Of a DNA stretch of 61,705 nucleotides, positions 45,026 to 55,338 are shown in pieces; positions within the stretch are counted from its first letter, which is position 1; each line of letters starts with the position of its first letter. The translations under genes were made by a program, and so were the position numbers. Source of the DNA: Desulfobulbaceae bacterium. GTDB taxonomy: Bacteria; Desulfobacterota; Desulfobulbia; Desulfobulbales; SURF-16. The notes under the pieces are model-generated. The model saw only the letters and a program-made list of their open reading frames with translations, was not told the origin of the DNA and did not search any database. The stretch lies in the NCBI GenBank assembly GCA_003249165.1, contig QKJV01000332.1, positions 1 to 61,705 on the forward strand. Direction: 5' to 3'.

Positions 45026-45621
45026 TGGCTACGATAGGATTAGACAGCCTTTTCTATTCAAAAATAACCGAAGCCACCAACGGTACGGAAACATATGTAA
45101 CACCTGTTTCGCTGGCAAAGGCGATGAAAGCGGATTTATCCGTGGAACTCGCCGAAGCAATCCTTTATGCGGATGACGGGGCCGCTGCGGTTATAAAGGA
45201 ATTTAAAAGCGGCAAGCTCTCTCTCGGCATAGATGATATCGGAACGGCAGCCGCTCAAGATTTAACAGGTGCGGTTGTTGACGATAACGGAGTGCTTATA
45301 TCTGCAAGTGAGGACGGCGGCTCACCGGTTGCAATCGGGTTCAGAGCAAAAAAGGCAAACGGCAAATACCGTTATTTCTGGCTATACCGTGTGAAATTCG
45401 GCATTCCGGCAACCAACCTTGAAACCAAAGGCGACAGCATCAAGTTTTCCACACCTACTATTGAAGGAACGGTTATGCGCAGGAACAAGCTTGACGGTAA
45501 CGGAAATCATCCGTGGAAAGCCGAAGTCAGCGAGGATGATACAGGAGTTATTGCATCTACAATCACCGGCTGGTTTACCGAGGTTTACGAACCTACTTTC
45601 GCTGTTGAAGGTGGTGCATGA
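45025..45621 (+). CDS. major tail protein
   Basis: 198 aa. MATIGLDSLFYSKITE start typical of phi13-type tail tube proteins. Precedes the chaperone and tape measure genes. Confidence 0.75.
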   Translation: MATIGLDSLFYSKITEATNGTETYVTPVSLAKAMKADLSVELAEAILYADDGAAAVIKEFKSGKLSLGIDDIGTAAAQDLTGAVVDDNGVLISASEDGGSPVAIGFRAKKANGKYRYFWLYRVKFGIPATNLETKGDSIKFSTPTIEGTVMRRNKLDGNGNHPWKAEVSEDDTGVIASTITGWFTEVYEPTFAVEGGA

Positions 45622-46010
45622 AAATGATAGATACGGATAGATCTGCAACCATAACAATTGCTGGTCAGGAGTATCAGCTTATTCTGACCACCAAGGCGAC
45701 AAAGGAAATCGCCAAACGGTACGGAGGTCTTCAAAACCTCGGTGATAAGCTGATGAAGTCAGAGAACTTTGAAATGGCACTGGATGAGGTGGTTTGGCTG
45801 CTCACCCTGCTTGCCAACCAAAGCATCCTCATACACAACCTACAAAACAAGGATAAGCGGGAATTGCTGACTGAGGATGCCGTTGAACTTCTCACCTCAC
45901 CTTTAGAACTTGCAACCTATAAAAACGCAATTATGGAGGCTATGTTCAAAGGGACGAAGCGAAATATCGAAAGTGAGGAAACCGATACAAAAAACGCGAA
46001 AGCCGAGTAA
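45618..46010 (+). CDS. tail assembly chaperone (short form)
   Basis: 130 aa, immediately upstream of the tape measure gene. Carries a slippery heptamer near its 3' end. Confidence 0.7.
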   Translation: MKMIDTDRSATITIAGQEYQLILTTKATKEIAKRYGGLQNLGDKLMKSENFEMALDEVVWLLTLLANQSILIHNLQNKDKRELLTEDAVELLTSPLELATYKNAIMEAMFKGTKRNIESEETDTKNAKAE

Positions 46011-46198
46011 ACGATGATGAATTGTTTACCCGGCTTTTATATTACGGCACAGTCCAGCTTAACAGCAGCGAAACGGAAATCTGGCTTATGCCGTTCGGGT
46101 ATTTACTGGATTTATGGGAGTGCCATAAGCAGTTTAATGGATTGGCAAAGCCGAAGTTTGAGCTATTTATCGACGATGTCATACCAAACGGCATATAG
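45618..46198 (+). CDS. tail assembly chaperone long form via programmed -1 frameshift
   Basis: A AAA AAC at 45989-45995 is in the X XXY YYZ register. The -1 frame stays open to TAG 46196-46198 and encodes ..DDELFTRLLYYGTVQL..IDDVIPNGI*. Confidence 0.6.
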
Positions 46199-46213
46199 GA
46201 AGGAGGCGGTAAT

Positions 46214-48487
46214 GTGGCAGATAATTTCGGATTAAAAATCGGCGTCGAGGGTGAAAAGGAATTCAAGAACGCTCTTCGCGATATCAATCAGTCATTTAAG
46301 GTTTTAGGTTCTGAAATGAACCTGGTATCCTCACAGTTTGATAAAAATGATCGCAGCGTCGAAGCTTTGACCGCCCGTAATCAAGTTTTGAATAAGGAAA
46401 TTGATGCCCAGAAAGAAAAAATCGATACCCTTGAAAAAGCCTTAAGCAATGCCGCCTCCTCCTTTGGCGAAAATGATAAACGCACTCAGGCTTGGCAGGT
46501 TCAGTTGAACAATGCAAAAGCGGAGCTGAATGGTCTTGAAAAGGAACTCAAGCAGAATGACGATGCATTGGAGGATGTCGGCAAAGAATTTAACGATGCC
46601 GAGAAACAATCGGAACAGTTTAACAAAGCGCTAAAAAACAGCGCCGACACAGCGGATAATGCCGAAGGTAAATTTTCAAAACTTGGCTCGGTTCTCGGTA
46701 AAATCGGTGTTGGTCTTGGAGCGGGAGTTGCCGCAATCGGCACCGCAGCGGTCGGTGCGGGCAAAGCACTCGCTGATATGACTGTTGGCGCTTCACAGTA
46801 TGCGGACGAAATCCTTACGCAGTCCACTGTTACTGGAATGTCCACAGAAAGCCTGCAGGCATATAAATATGCGGCAGAACTGATTGACACCGACCTCGAT
46901 ACCGTTACAAAAACAATGTCCAAAAATATAAAGTCCATGGATTCGGCACGAAACGGTACGGGTGCCGCGGCAGAAGCATATCGGAAATTAGGCATATCCG
47001 TCACCGATGCCCACGGCAACTTAAAAGACGGTGAAACCGTTTACTGGCAAGCAATCGATGCCCTCGGCAAAATGCAAAATGAAACCGAACGGGATGCGCT
47101 GGCCATGCAGATATTCGGTAAATCGGCGCAGGAACTCAACCCATTAATTCAGCAAGGTTCTGCCGGATTCGGTAAACTTACCGATGAAGCAAAACGCATG
47201 GGCGCTGTGATGAGCGAGGATTCATTGAATGCCCTCGGTAAGTTCGACGACAGTATGCAGCGTTTAAAGTCAGGTGCCGGTGCCGCAAAGAATATGCTTG
47301 GTACGGTACTTCTTCCCCAGCTTCAGCTTTTGGCTGATGATGGGGTTTCTTTATTGGGCGATTTCACAAAAGGACTCAGTGAAGCAAACGGGGATTGGGG
47401 TAAAATCTCCGATGTCATCGGTAATACGGTCGGCGGCATCGTCAACATGATAATGGAAAACCTGCCGAAAATCATTGAACTTGGGATGGATATTGTAAGT
47501 TCAATCGGAAATGCAATACTCGAAAACCTTCCAATGATAATTGATTCGGCGGTAAGCATTATAATGACCTTACTGCAAGGACTCATTGACGCGTTGCCTC
47601 AGCTGACACAAGGCGCGTTGCAGCTGATATTGGCGTTGGTAAACGGTATTATCGAGAACCTACCGATGCTTATTCAGGCGGCAATCGATATGGTGGTAAC
47701 CCTGGCGCTTGGAATAGCCGATGCTCTGCCGGAACTGATTCCTTCCATAATTGAAGCTATTATTCTGATTGTACAAACACTGCTGAATAATATGGATAAA
47801 ATTCTTGAGGCCGCATTTGCAATTATTCAAGGCTTGGCTACAGGCCTTCTTAACGCACTGCCGAAACTGATAGATGCTCTGCCGAGTATCATTGCATCAA
47901 TCATCGATTTCATAACAAATAATTTACCGAAGATTATTGAAATGGGCATAAAACTCGTTGTTCAGTTAGCAATCGGGCTTGTGAAAGCAATTCCTCAGTT
48001 GATTGCAAAACTGCCGGAAATCATAACCGCTCTTATCATAGGACTTGGAAAAGCCGTAGGTATGGTCGGAGAAATCGGTGTCAATATCGTAAAAGGTTTA
48101 TGGGACGGGATTGTGAGCATGGGCAAATGGATAGCCGATAAGGTCACCGGATTTTTCAGTGGTATTGTTGACGGAGTAAAAGGACTACTCGGTATCCACT
48201 CCCCGTCAACAGTCTTTGCCGGTATCGGTGGCAACATGGGTGAAGGTCTGGGATCGGGATTTTTAAAGGCAATGACATCCGTTGAAAAGGATATGAAAAA
48301 GGCTATTCCCACTAACTTTGATATTAACGCAAGTCTGAACGGACTGCAGCCCGCCTATTCAGGAGTGCCTACCATGACATATAACCACACCGGCACAATC
48401 CGGGTTGAAGGCATCAATTCCAAAAGTGAATTAACAGGCGTGGTGGATATTATCATCGATGAGCTGAGGAAGGAGGTGCGAAGATAA
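46214..48487 (+). CDS. tail tape measure protein
   Basis: 757 aa, GTG start behind AGGAGG. Coiled-coil N-terminus and repetitive hydrophobic LP..I helices. Confidence 0.9.
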   Translation: MADNFGLKIGVEGEKEFKNALRDINQSFKVLGSEMNLVSSQFDKNDRSVEALTARNQVLNKEIDAQKEKIDTLEKALSNAASSFGENDKRTQAWQVQLNNAKAELNGLEKELKQNDDALEDVGKEFNDAEKQSEQFNKALKNSADTADNAEGKFSKLGSVLGKIGVGLGAGVAAIGTAAVGAGKALADMTVGASQYADEILTQSTVTGMSTESLQAYKYAAELIDTDLDTVTKTMSKNIKSMDSARNGTGAAAEAYRKLGISVTDAHGNLKDGETVYWQAIDALGKMQNETERDALAMQIFGKSAQELNPLIQQGSAGFGKLTDEAKRMGAVMSEDSLNALGKFDDSMQRLKSGAGAAKNMLGTVLLPQLQLLADDGVSLLGDFTKGLSEANGDWGKISDVIGNTVGGIVNMIMENLPKIIELGMDIVSSIGNAILENLPMIIDSAVSIIMTLLQGLIDALPQLTQGALQLILALVNGIIENLPMLIQAAIDMVVTLALGIADALPELIPSIIEAIILIVQTLLNNMDKILEAAFAIIQGLATGLLNALPKLIDALPSIIASIIDFITNNLPKIIEMGIKLVVQLAIGLVKAIPQLIAKLPEIITALIIGLGKAVGMVGEIGVNIVKGLWDGIVSMGKWIADKVTGFFSGIVDGVKGLLGIHSPSTVFAGIGGNMGEGLGSGFLKAMTSVEKDMKKAIPTNFDINASLNGLQPAYSGVPTMTYNHTGTIRVEGINSKSELTGVVDIIIDELRKEVRR

Positions 48488-48825
48488 TGGCTTTACTCAC
48501 AAACCGTGATACAAACGAGGAAATTACCCGTTTTGTAAGCCTTTTGGAAAAACAGGATGTTATCCGCACCATCCATATCACCCTTGACGGGCAGCAATAT
48601 ATTCAGCGTATCGGCGCGCCTACCATAAGTTATGAATTAAAGCTGTATGTTACGGATGACGGCAAACGGCTGCTTTCACAAGCAGAGGATGCCGCTTCCC
48701 TTTTGGAAGCAAGTGTGAAAACAGGTATTTACTACGGCAGAATTATTGAGCTCTCCGATTTTAAAAGGTTGACTTCCGGGTACTACGAAGTGACTGCCAT
48801 ACTTTCCAAGGTTACGGAGGTGTAG
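48487..48825 (+). CDS. tail component (putative)
   Basis: 112 aa. Called from position after the tape measure gene. Confidence 0.45.
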   Translation: MALLTNRDTNEEITRFVSLLEKQDVIRTIHITLDGQQYIQRIGAPTISYELKLYVTDDGKRLLSQAEDAASLLEASVKTGIYYGRIIELSDFKRLTSGYYEVTAILSKVTEV

Positions 48826-48828
48826 CCG

Positions 48829-50232
48829 ATGAAATACATTCCTGCTGAACTATTAAACAAGCTGAATGAAAAATGGCAGGTTGAATCAAAAGACACACAG
48901 CCAAACTTACGGCTTGTTGCGACACAGGCAACAATAAATACCTTGATTTCAGAACCAATCCATGAGGATATCCCTTCCGCGTTCGGTGATGTGGCAATAA
49001 GGCAGCTTCCGGGCGAAAAAACACCGTCAATGGCCTATGCGGTTTGTATTGATAACGGGACGGCAAGAATCTATGAACGCCGCTTTCCCGCTTCGCTTGA
49101 CAATGCCTGGCAGTATATATGGACGCTTGGTCCCGCAAAGGATGCGGCGATAGAATATGGCGGAAACTGGTTTCTGGAAGCCAAAAACCGATGGTATATC
49201 CTTGAAACCGAAGAAACACCGTATTTATTCTGGATAGGAACCGATGATACGCTTTACGCCCAAAAATGGGATAACGAGCAAACGCGTATAATCCTTGATA
49301 CCGGCGTATCGCAAATCAGTGTATGCAAGGGTTGGCGCTCTTCCTTAATGGCAGGGCTTGACCAGGGGCTGGTTGTCGGATATTTGAAAGCCGGTAAAGT
49401 TTATTATAGGGCTTTTTGCATTCAGGATGATGGCATCGCTATTTGGGAACCGTCCTATGAAGTGACTGAACTTGGCACCGGTAACAACACACTGTCGGTG
49501 TTCCGCACTAATGATTTCAGAATCGGTTTTGTATGTGAAAACGCAGGACAAATGAAATGGACGCTTTCCCAAAGAAATTATGCCGGGATGTCCTTCAGAC
49601 CCGAAACCGTCAATGCACAGGCTCAAAATGTTGTTTGCTTGATTGAAAATACAAAGGATGTGTTTATCCAAAGCGACGGCATCAATTATGCTGAGGCTGA
49701 TATTGATGGCTTATGGTTTTTACAATACCCCACTACCGCACCCACACTTTCGGTTACAAGAACAGAGAAAATAAACGTTGATGCAAAAAACGCATCCGGT
49801 TTCAAGCTGTTTTTGAATCTCCCGATATCTTCAGTGCCTGATGATCTGTCATCAAAGATTACCATAACCCCGGCTATGCCTGTTACCGGTGTGAGCTATG
49901 ACAGTGTAAATCAGGCACTAATTATTTCTGTGTCACCGAATTTTGTCAGAAGCATTGACGTGACCATAAACATTGCCGAGAGTCGCGGGGCTTATTACTA
50001 TAAGTATCCGGGTCAGAAGCATCCGTTGGAAGCATTATCAGGCTTTGCAGCACGAGAAATCATCAGTTTCTACGGCTACGCAAAAAATGAAACGGTAAAT
50101 GCTTCAATAAACAACCCACGAATAATCCTTGTAAATGCTGCATTCCGGTATTCTACCCATAAGGAAACAGTGGCGGCAACTGTTCAAGGGGTTACTGTAA
50201 CACTTACGGCTGTATCAAGTTTACCGATTTAG
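48829..50232 (+). CDS. tail/baseplate structural protein (putative)
   Basis: 467 aa. Called from position only. Confidence 0.5.
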   Translation: MKYIPAELLNKLNEKWQVESKDTQPNLRLVATQATINTLISEPIHEDIPSAFGDVAIRQLPGEKTPSMAYAVCIDNGTARIYERRFPASLDNAWQYIWTLGPAKDAAIEYGGNWFLEAKNRWYILETEETPYLFWIGTDDTLYAQKWDNEQTRIILDTGVSQISVCKGWRSSLMAGLDQGLVVGYLKAGKVYYRAFCIQDDGIAIWEPSYEVTELGTGNNTLSVFRTNDFRIGFVCENAGQMKWTLSQRNYAGMSFRPETVNAQAQNVVCLIENTKDVFIQSDGINYAEADIDGLWFLQYPTTAPTLSVTRTEKINVDAKNASGFKLFLNLPISSVPDDLSSKITITPAMPVTGVSYDSVNQALIISVSPNFVRSIDVTINIAESRGAYYYKYPGQKHPLEALSGFAAREIISFYGYAKNETVNASINNPRIILVNAAFRYSTHKETVAATVQGVTVTLTAVSSLPI

Positions 50233-50241
50233 GAGGGCAAA

Positions 50242-52575
50242 ATGAATTTATACGAAAAAGTAAATGTGCATAATAAATTTGAGTTTTTAGTTGTTGACTC
50301 TGTTACGGGCAAGGAAAAACAAAAAGCCGTGGCATATAACACTATTCTTGACCAGTGGTTTAATGCGAGGGTCGTTAATGCTTATCCAAGCTATAATAAC
50401 GGAGCAAGCAGAACCTATGATGTACTTCAGTATATAACCTTTGGTACAGGAACGGGGACTATTTCACCAACAAGGACGTCGCTTTTCACCTATCTGGACC
50501 GGAAAACGGCTACAACACAGCAGATTGTTTACGGTTATCCGACTTCATATGTTCAGAAGCAGATTAAACTTGAAGCAAATGAATATATCGGAAAGACCAT
50601 AACAGAAGTCGGCTTTGAATTTTATTGCAGCCAATTTTGGGCATCCGATTCAAAATATTATCTCATGACGCACGCCCTTTTGCAGGACAGTGAAGGCAAC
50701 CAGATAGCCATCAGTAAGACCGACACGGATGTAGTGTATATTACCGCAACCTTTTATTGCTCGCATACCCCGGCGGGCTTTGGTGCAAATGCGGTATATC
50801 CTGCGGCGGATAAAAACTATATAGCACGATGGGTACTGACCGGCGGCTTTGATACTACTGTCAGGTTCTCAAAATTTAACCTTGAATATTCAAGTGATAT
50901 GCTTTCTTACAGCTCTGGTGGTCAGCAAATAAGAACAGGTGAAAAAAGCATGGATTTAAGCACTGCGATTGGAAACCTTGCCACCGGAAAAATGGATCTG
51001 CCCATGCTCACCTTCCTTGACAGCGAATGCAACAACAGGATAATCAAGCACCTTGGAGTTGCCGGAATCGGTGCTATAACCTTTCCGAATCATGATCTTT
51101 TCCCGCCGTACTTGGTCGAGCGTATTCCGATTGGCACAGGTGATGGTGTGCTGACTGATTTCAATATCAAAGCACCGTTAATAATGCTTGGCAGTGAAAC
51201 CATATATGTGAACAATGTTGCAAAGGTAAGGGATGTTGACTACACGATTGATTACGAAAACAACTGCGGTGATTGGTATGAAAATTACCATACGGCTGGA
51301 TTAACCTGTAAAAGTGCCGGAGTATCGTTCGGAGATCTGGCATCAAAAACTCCGAACAGCAGCTATGATTACCGTGACCCTTTTTCTTGGTGGAACTGTT
51401 ATGACAGGACAGTATATCCCTCTTCCTGCACAGTAAACGATGTGAACCCGATAAAGATTGATTTTGGGACTGCAAAAGCCTGCAATACACTGAAATTTGA
51501 TATTCTGACCGTACCGGCCGCAAGGATAGATACCCTTAAAATACAGTATTCGACCAACGGAACCGATTGGACTGATGTATCAGGGCTTTCAAGGACAGGT
51601 CAGGTCTGGAAATTTACTGAGGTTTCAGCAAGGTACTGGAGAACATTTTTAAGCGGTGAAGGGAATGCCACAGTTGTTGTAACATCAAGCGGTATGACAG
51701 GTTCGCCGATAACCCTTTCAGTACCTGTAGCATCATCAGATACGGCGAGTATTGTGGCGGGCAAGATAAAAACTGCCCTTGAAAACAATGCAAACATTTC
51801 GGCTTTATATGATGCTTCGGTTTCGGGTGCAAACGTAATTTTAACCGCAAAAACACCGATAGCAAATGTCTCGAGCTTGAATATCGCGCTTTCAAACGGA
51901 ACTTGCGCCGGGCTGACTACAGTTTCAACCTCGACTGACACGACTGCCGGTGTCGCTGCCGTAAAGCAACAGGAAAATATTAATATAGCAGGAACCGTTG
52001 GAACTTCAGGGAATGCAACAGTTGTGGTCACGGCTAATGGAATGGCAAACTCACCAATAAACCTTTCAGTTCCGGTTACAAGCGGCGACTCGGCAACAAC
52101 TGTTGCAAATAAGGTTAACGCGGCTCTCAATCAAAATTCAGACATTACGAACTTCTTTACAATCAGTGCTGCAAACGGCAGTTATGTACGGCTGACCGTA
52201 AAAACAGCTGCGGCAAATGATCCAACCTTAAATATCAGCATTGCAAATGGAACTTGTACAGGATTAACCACCATTTCAACATCCACAACTGATGCATCTG
52301 GTAATGCAGGAACAAAACAAGTAGAAACCTTAACCGTAGCGGGCAGTGTCAGCTACAATTGGACTTACAGTTTATATTATCAAAGTTTCCCGACAAGGGA
52401 CGGTCAGAGTTTCGGCTCAACCTTCTTTTTGGGCAAAACAGTTCCCGGACTAAAATTCACCACACCGCCCCCGGCTGGCGCTGCGATAGACGCCACTTAT
52501 TCATTAGAATATCCGTTTAAAACAGCAAATAACCTGCTTCGGTTCACCTACTCAATCGTACTCCAAAGGGGGTAA
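50242..52575 (+). CDS. tail fibre / receptor-binding protein with discoidin-like domain and internal tandem repeat
   Basis: 777 aa. NTLKFD..IQYSTNGTDW..ARYWR resembles an F5/8-type-C fold. Contains two 116-aa repeats. Confidence 0.6.
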   Translation: MNLYEKVNVHNKFEFLVVDSVTGKEKQKAVAYNTILDQWFNARVVNAYPSYNNGASRTYDVLQYITFGTGTGTISPTRTSLFTYLDRKTATTQQIVYGYPTSYVQKQIKLEANEYIGKTITEVGFEFYCSQFWASDSKYYLMTHALLQDSEGNQIAISKTDTDVVYITATFYCSHTPAGFGANAVYPAADKNYIARWVLTGGFDTTVRFSKFNLEYSSDMLSYSSGGQQIRTGEKSMDLSTAIGNLATGKMDLPMLTFLDSECNNRIIKHLGVAGIGAITFPNHDLFPPYLVERIPIGTGDGVLTDFNIKAPLIMLGSETIYVNNVAKVRDVDYTIDYENNCGDWYENYHTAGLTCKSAGVSFGDLASKTPNSSYDYRDPFSWWNCYDRTVYPSSCTVNDVNPIKIDFGTAKACNTLKFDILTVPAARIDTLKIQYSTNGTDWTDVSGLSRTGQVWKFTEVSARYWRTFLSGEGNATVVVTSSGMTGSPITLSVPVASSDTASIVAGKIKTALENNANISALYDASVSGANVILTAKTPIANVSSLNIALSNGTCAGLTTVSTSTDTTAGVAAVKQQENINIAGTVGTSGNATVVVTANGMANSPINLSVPVTSGDSATTVANKVNAALNQNSDITNFFTISAANGSYVRLTVKTAAANDPTLNISIANGTCTGLTTISTSTTDASGNAGTKQVETLTVAGSVSYNWTYSLYYQSFPTRDGQSFGSTFFLGKTVPGLKFTTPPPAGAAIDATYSLEYPFKTANNLLRFTYSIVLQRG
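51661..52344 (+). repeat. tandem duplication of a ~116-aa coding module
   Basis: GNATVVVTSSGMTGSPITLSVPVASSDTASIVAGKIKTALENN.. (aa 474-589) versus GNATVVVTANGMANSPINLSVPVTSGDSATTVANKVNAALNQN.. (aa 590-701). Confidence 0.8.
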
Positions 52576-52581
52576 TATTTT

Positions 52582-53916
52582 ATGAGATTGACATTTGAAT
52601 ACACACAGACAATAGGGCAAGGCTTATCACCGCAGGTGGTTCATATGATGGATAACGGTTTAAAGGTTATCTATATCTCGGATGATGGGTTGGTGAAAGG
52701 GCTTGAAGCGTTCCCAAACCTCGGTTTGTATGACAATCTGACTTACAAGGATAAAGGCAGAATTTCCGCTGATTTCGGGGTGTCAAAACCTTCCCTCAAA
52801 AAGGTTGCCCATTATGGCGCTTATGGCTTTTGGAGTGCCGAAGAAATGCACAAGTTTGTCATGTATATGCTCCCCACGGATGTTTCACATACTCTTTTGA
52901 ACGGCAACCTCTCCTGTTCCAAGGGGAGCGTTATATCGCAGCTTTCAGTCAGCCTTCAAAACGCAGGCGGTGAACTGATTGGCAGCAGACGGTGTGTTAT
53001 CGCGCCAAACACAATCCTGGAGTTTTACTTCAGCCTTGGAAGCAGCGGAGAACTTTCCATGGGGCGCTTTTATATTGACAGAACGTCTGTCGGTTACCCG
53101 GAACAGAGCATATCAGTTACGGCAAGAAACGCAATCGGGAAACTACTAAAAGAACAGACCTTTGATGACAACACTGCTTTCACCGCATCAACCTTGAAGG
53201 ATAATCTGACTGCTGTTTTAACACTTGCCGGGGTTGAGAATTTCTTTGTTGCAGACCAGCAAAAGCCTTGGAAACTGACCTTTGAACCGCAGGTAGCAAT
53301 CCTTGACGGGATTCAGAATGTCATACAGCTGCTGCCCGGCTGGCAGATATCCGAAAATACAGACGGAACGGTCGGTATCGGACCCGTCACTGATGGGCGC
53401 TTTGAACAGCCGTCCACTTATATTTTTGAACGGGACAAATCCTGCTGGAGCTATGATATTGAATATGATGACGAGCAAACCGTAAGCAAATTATGCATCA
53501 CCTGCAAAGAGCCTGCCAACACCGTGTTCCGGCAGTTACCGCCTCATAAATGGTGGGTATCTCCACCTAACAAGACAATGTATATCACCGTGCCGGACGG
53601 CACTTCCCTTGCCGATATGAACGCTTATGCCGATGAACTGACCGAGTCGGTTGCCGTATCAGGCAGAATAGAAAGTTTTGTCGGTATTTTTACCCCTCAT
53701 ATGCTTATTGGCGATGTGGTGGAATTGGTGGAGCCAGACGGAAAGCGCAGCATGATTGGAACAGTGACTTCCGTTAAGCACAACCTCGGCAGAAGCGGTT
53801 TTTACACTGAATTCTCGGTTGACAGCGGCGGGAGAAAAGGCAAACCTTTCTTGAAGGATTTAATGGGTCAGATTTCAGGCAGCAGAAAAACTGACGGCGT
53901 GGTTATATCGCTATAA
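52582..53916 (+). CDS. tail/baseplate structural protein (putative)
   Basis: 444 aa. Last structural ORF before the lysis genes. Confidence 0.45.
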   Translation: MRLTFEYTQTIGQGLSPQVVHMMDNGLKVIYISDDGLVKGLEAFPNLGLYDNLTYKDKGRISADFGVSKPSLKKVAHYGAYGFWSAEEMHKFVMYMLPTDVSHTLLNGNLSCSKGSVISQLSVSLQNAGGELIGSRRCVIAPNTILEFYFSLGSSGELSMGRFYIDRTSVGYPEQSISVTARNAIGKLLKEQTFDDNTAFTASTLKDNLTAVLTLAGVENFFVADQQKPWKLTFEPQVAILDGIQNVIQLLPGWQISENTDGTVGIGPVTDGRFEQPSTYIFERDKSCWSYDIEYDDEQTVSKLCITCKEPANTVFRQLPPHKWWVSPPNKTMYITVPDGTSLADMNAYADELTESVAVSGRIESFVGIFTPHMLIGDVVELVEPDGKRSMIGTVTSVKHNLGRSGFYTEFSVDSGGRKGKPFLKDLMGQISGSRKTDGVVISL

Positions 53917-54004
53917 ATTACTGCCAAATACAGCGGTACGGCATCTTTGCTAAATGCAGAGGTGCTTTTTTATATATCCAAATTAAAAAAACGGAGGTAA
54001 TTTC

Positions 54005-54418
54005 ATGAAAGACATTTGGAACTTAATTCAAGTCGGCATTGCCGCAATTGGCGGGTGGCTCGGGTATTTTCTCGGAGGGTGGGATGGCTTTTTGTATGCG
54101 TTGCTTGCATTTGTAGTGATCGACTACATCACCGGGCTGATGTGTGCGGTACTCGATAAAAAACTGTCCAGTGAGGTCGGCTTCCGGGGAATATTCAAAA
54201 AGGTGATTATGTTTGCCCTTGTCGGCGTTGGACACATCATTGATAGAAGCATTATCGGAGATGGCTCTGTTATCAGAACAGCGGTCATCTTTTTTTATCT
54301 TTCGAATGAAGGTGTATCCATACTCGAAAATGCGGCACACATCGGATTGCCTATCCCCGACAAATTGAAGGACATTTTAGAACAGCTCCATAACAAAAGC
54401 GATGAGGAGGACAAGTAA
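54005..54418 (+). CDS. phage holin
   Basis: 137 aa with several TM segments. VIDYITGL..FRGIFKKV..YLSNEGVSILENAAHIGLPIP is typical of holin family 4. Confidence 0.8.
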   Translation: MKDIWNLIQVGIAAIGGWLGYFLGGWDGFLYALLAFVVIDYITGLMCAVLDKKLSSEVGFRGIFKKVIMFALVGVGHIIDRSIIGDGSVIRTAVIFFYLSNEGVSILENAAHIGLPIPDKLKDILEQLHNKSDEEDK

Positions 54419-55198
54419 ATGAATCTGAAAAAACTGATACTTACAAACAATTCCTGCTATAAGGCAGGTCGCACCATAACCCCAAAAGGTATTATGGTAC
54501 ATTCCACCGGGGCGAATAATCCGAACCTGAAACGCTATGTCGGCCCAGATGATGGTTTCCTCGGCAAAAACCAGTACAACAACCACTGGAATCAGGATAA
54601 ACCGGATGGCAGACAGGTTTGCGTCCACGGCTTCATCGGCAAGCTGGCAGACGGCAGCATCGCAACCTACCAGACGCTCCCTTGGAACTGGCGCGGTTGG
54701 CATGCCGGAGGTTCGGCAAATGATACACATATCGGCTTTGAAATCTGCGAGGATGGTCTGACCGATACCTCGTATTTTAATGCCGTATACAAGGAAGCGG
54801 TGGAACTTTGCGTGTATCTTTGCAAGCAGTACAACCTTACCGAAAAGAACATCATCTGCCATAGCGAGGGCTGCAAATTGGGCATAGCCAGTAACCACAG
54901 CGATGTTATGCACTGGTTTCCGAAGTATGGCAAGTCGATGGATACCTTTAGAGAAGATGTTCGCAAAGGACTTGTAGTAACAGCTCCCGCTCCAAATCCG
55001 TCCTCGGGATTCTCAGTCGGTGACAAAGTCATCCTCAATGGCTCGCTCTATTCTGACAGCTACGGAGGTGGGAAAGGCCGCTCTTTCCAGAACAAGACTT
55101 GCACTGTCACTCGCATTGTTGATACAAAGCGCAAATGCCCGTATCTGCTGGACAACGGACTGGGCTGGGTACCGAAGGACAGTATACTCAAAGCATAA
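54419..55198 (+). CDS. N-acetylmuramoyl-L-alanine amidase endolysin with SH3-like C-terminal domain
   Basis: GIMVHSTGANNP..WHAGGSANDTHIGFEICED..ICHSEG (amidase_2 pattern). The C-terminal 60 aa are SH3b-like. Confidence 0.85.
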   Translation: MNLKKLILTNNSCYKAGRTITPKGIMVHSTGANNPNLKRYVGPDDGFLGKNQYNNHWNQDKPDGRQVCVHGFIGKLADGSIATYQTLPWNWRGWHAGGSANDTHIGFEICEDGLTDTSYFNAVYKEAVELCVYLCKQYNLTEKNIICHSEGCKLGIASNHSDVMHWFPKYGKSMDTFREDVRKGLVVTAPAPNPSSGFSVGDKVILNGSLYSDSYGGGKGRSFQNKTCTVTRIVDTKRKCPYLLDNGLGWVPKDSILKA

Positions 55199-55216
55199 TA
55201 GTATTTTTTTTACATT

Positions 55217-55260
55217 GCCGCTCGTTAGGTTTAATAACCTGGCGGGCGGCTTTATTTTTT
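55217..55260 (+). terminator. rho-independent terminator after the lysis genes
   Basis: 14-bp stem gccgctcgttaggt / acctggcgggcggc (three G-U pairs), loop ttaata, then tttatttttt. Confidence 0.6.
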
Positions 55261-55285
55261 TATGGTCACCCACTTTTATTTTTCC

Positions 55286-55320
55286 GGTACTCAAACCACC
55301 CTCTTCTGTCCTTTGGATAG
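55286..55320 (+). promoter_or_regulatory. conserved motif copy 4 (GGTACTCAAA-N12-GTCCTTTGGATAG)
   Basis: Same motif and spacing, upstream of the recombinase operon. Confidence 0.5.
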
Positions 55321-55338
55321 TGAAGGGAGTGGTAAAAC

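Noticed and set aside
46014-46235. Independent 73-aa ORF between the chaperone and tape measure genes
   Set aside because: Its sequence is implausible for a protein. The -1 frame over the same DNA encodes a protein-like extension reachable through a canonical slippery heptamer.
50242-52575. Diversity-generating retroelement targeting the tail fibre
   Set aside because: There is no reverse transcriptase gene and no template/variable repeat pair with adenine-specific differences. The internal repeats are an in-frame tandem duplication.
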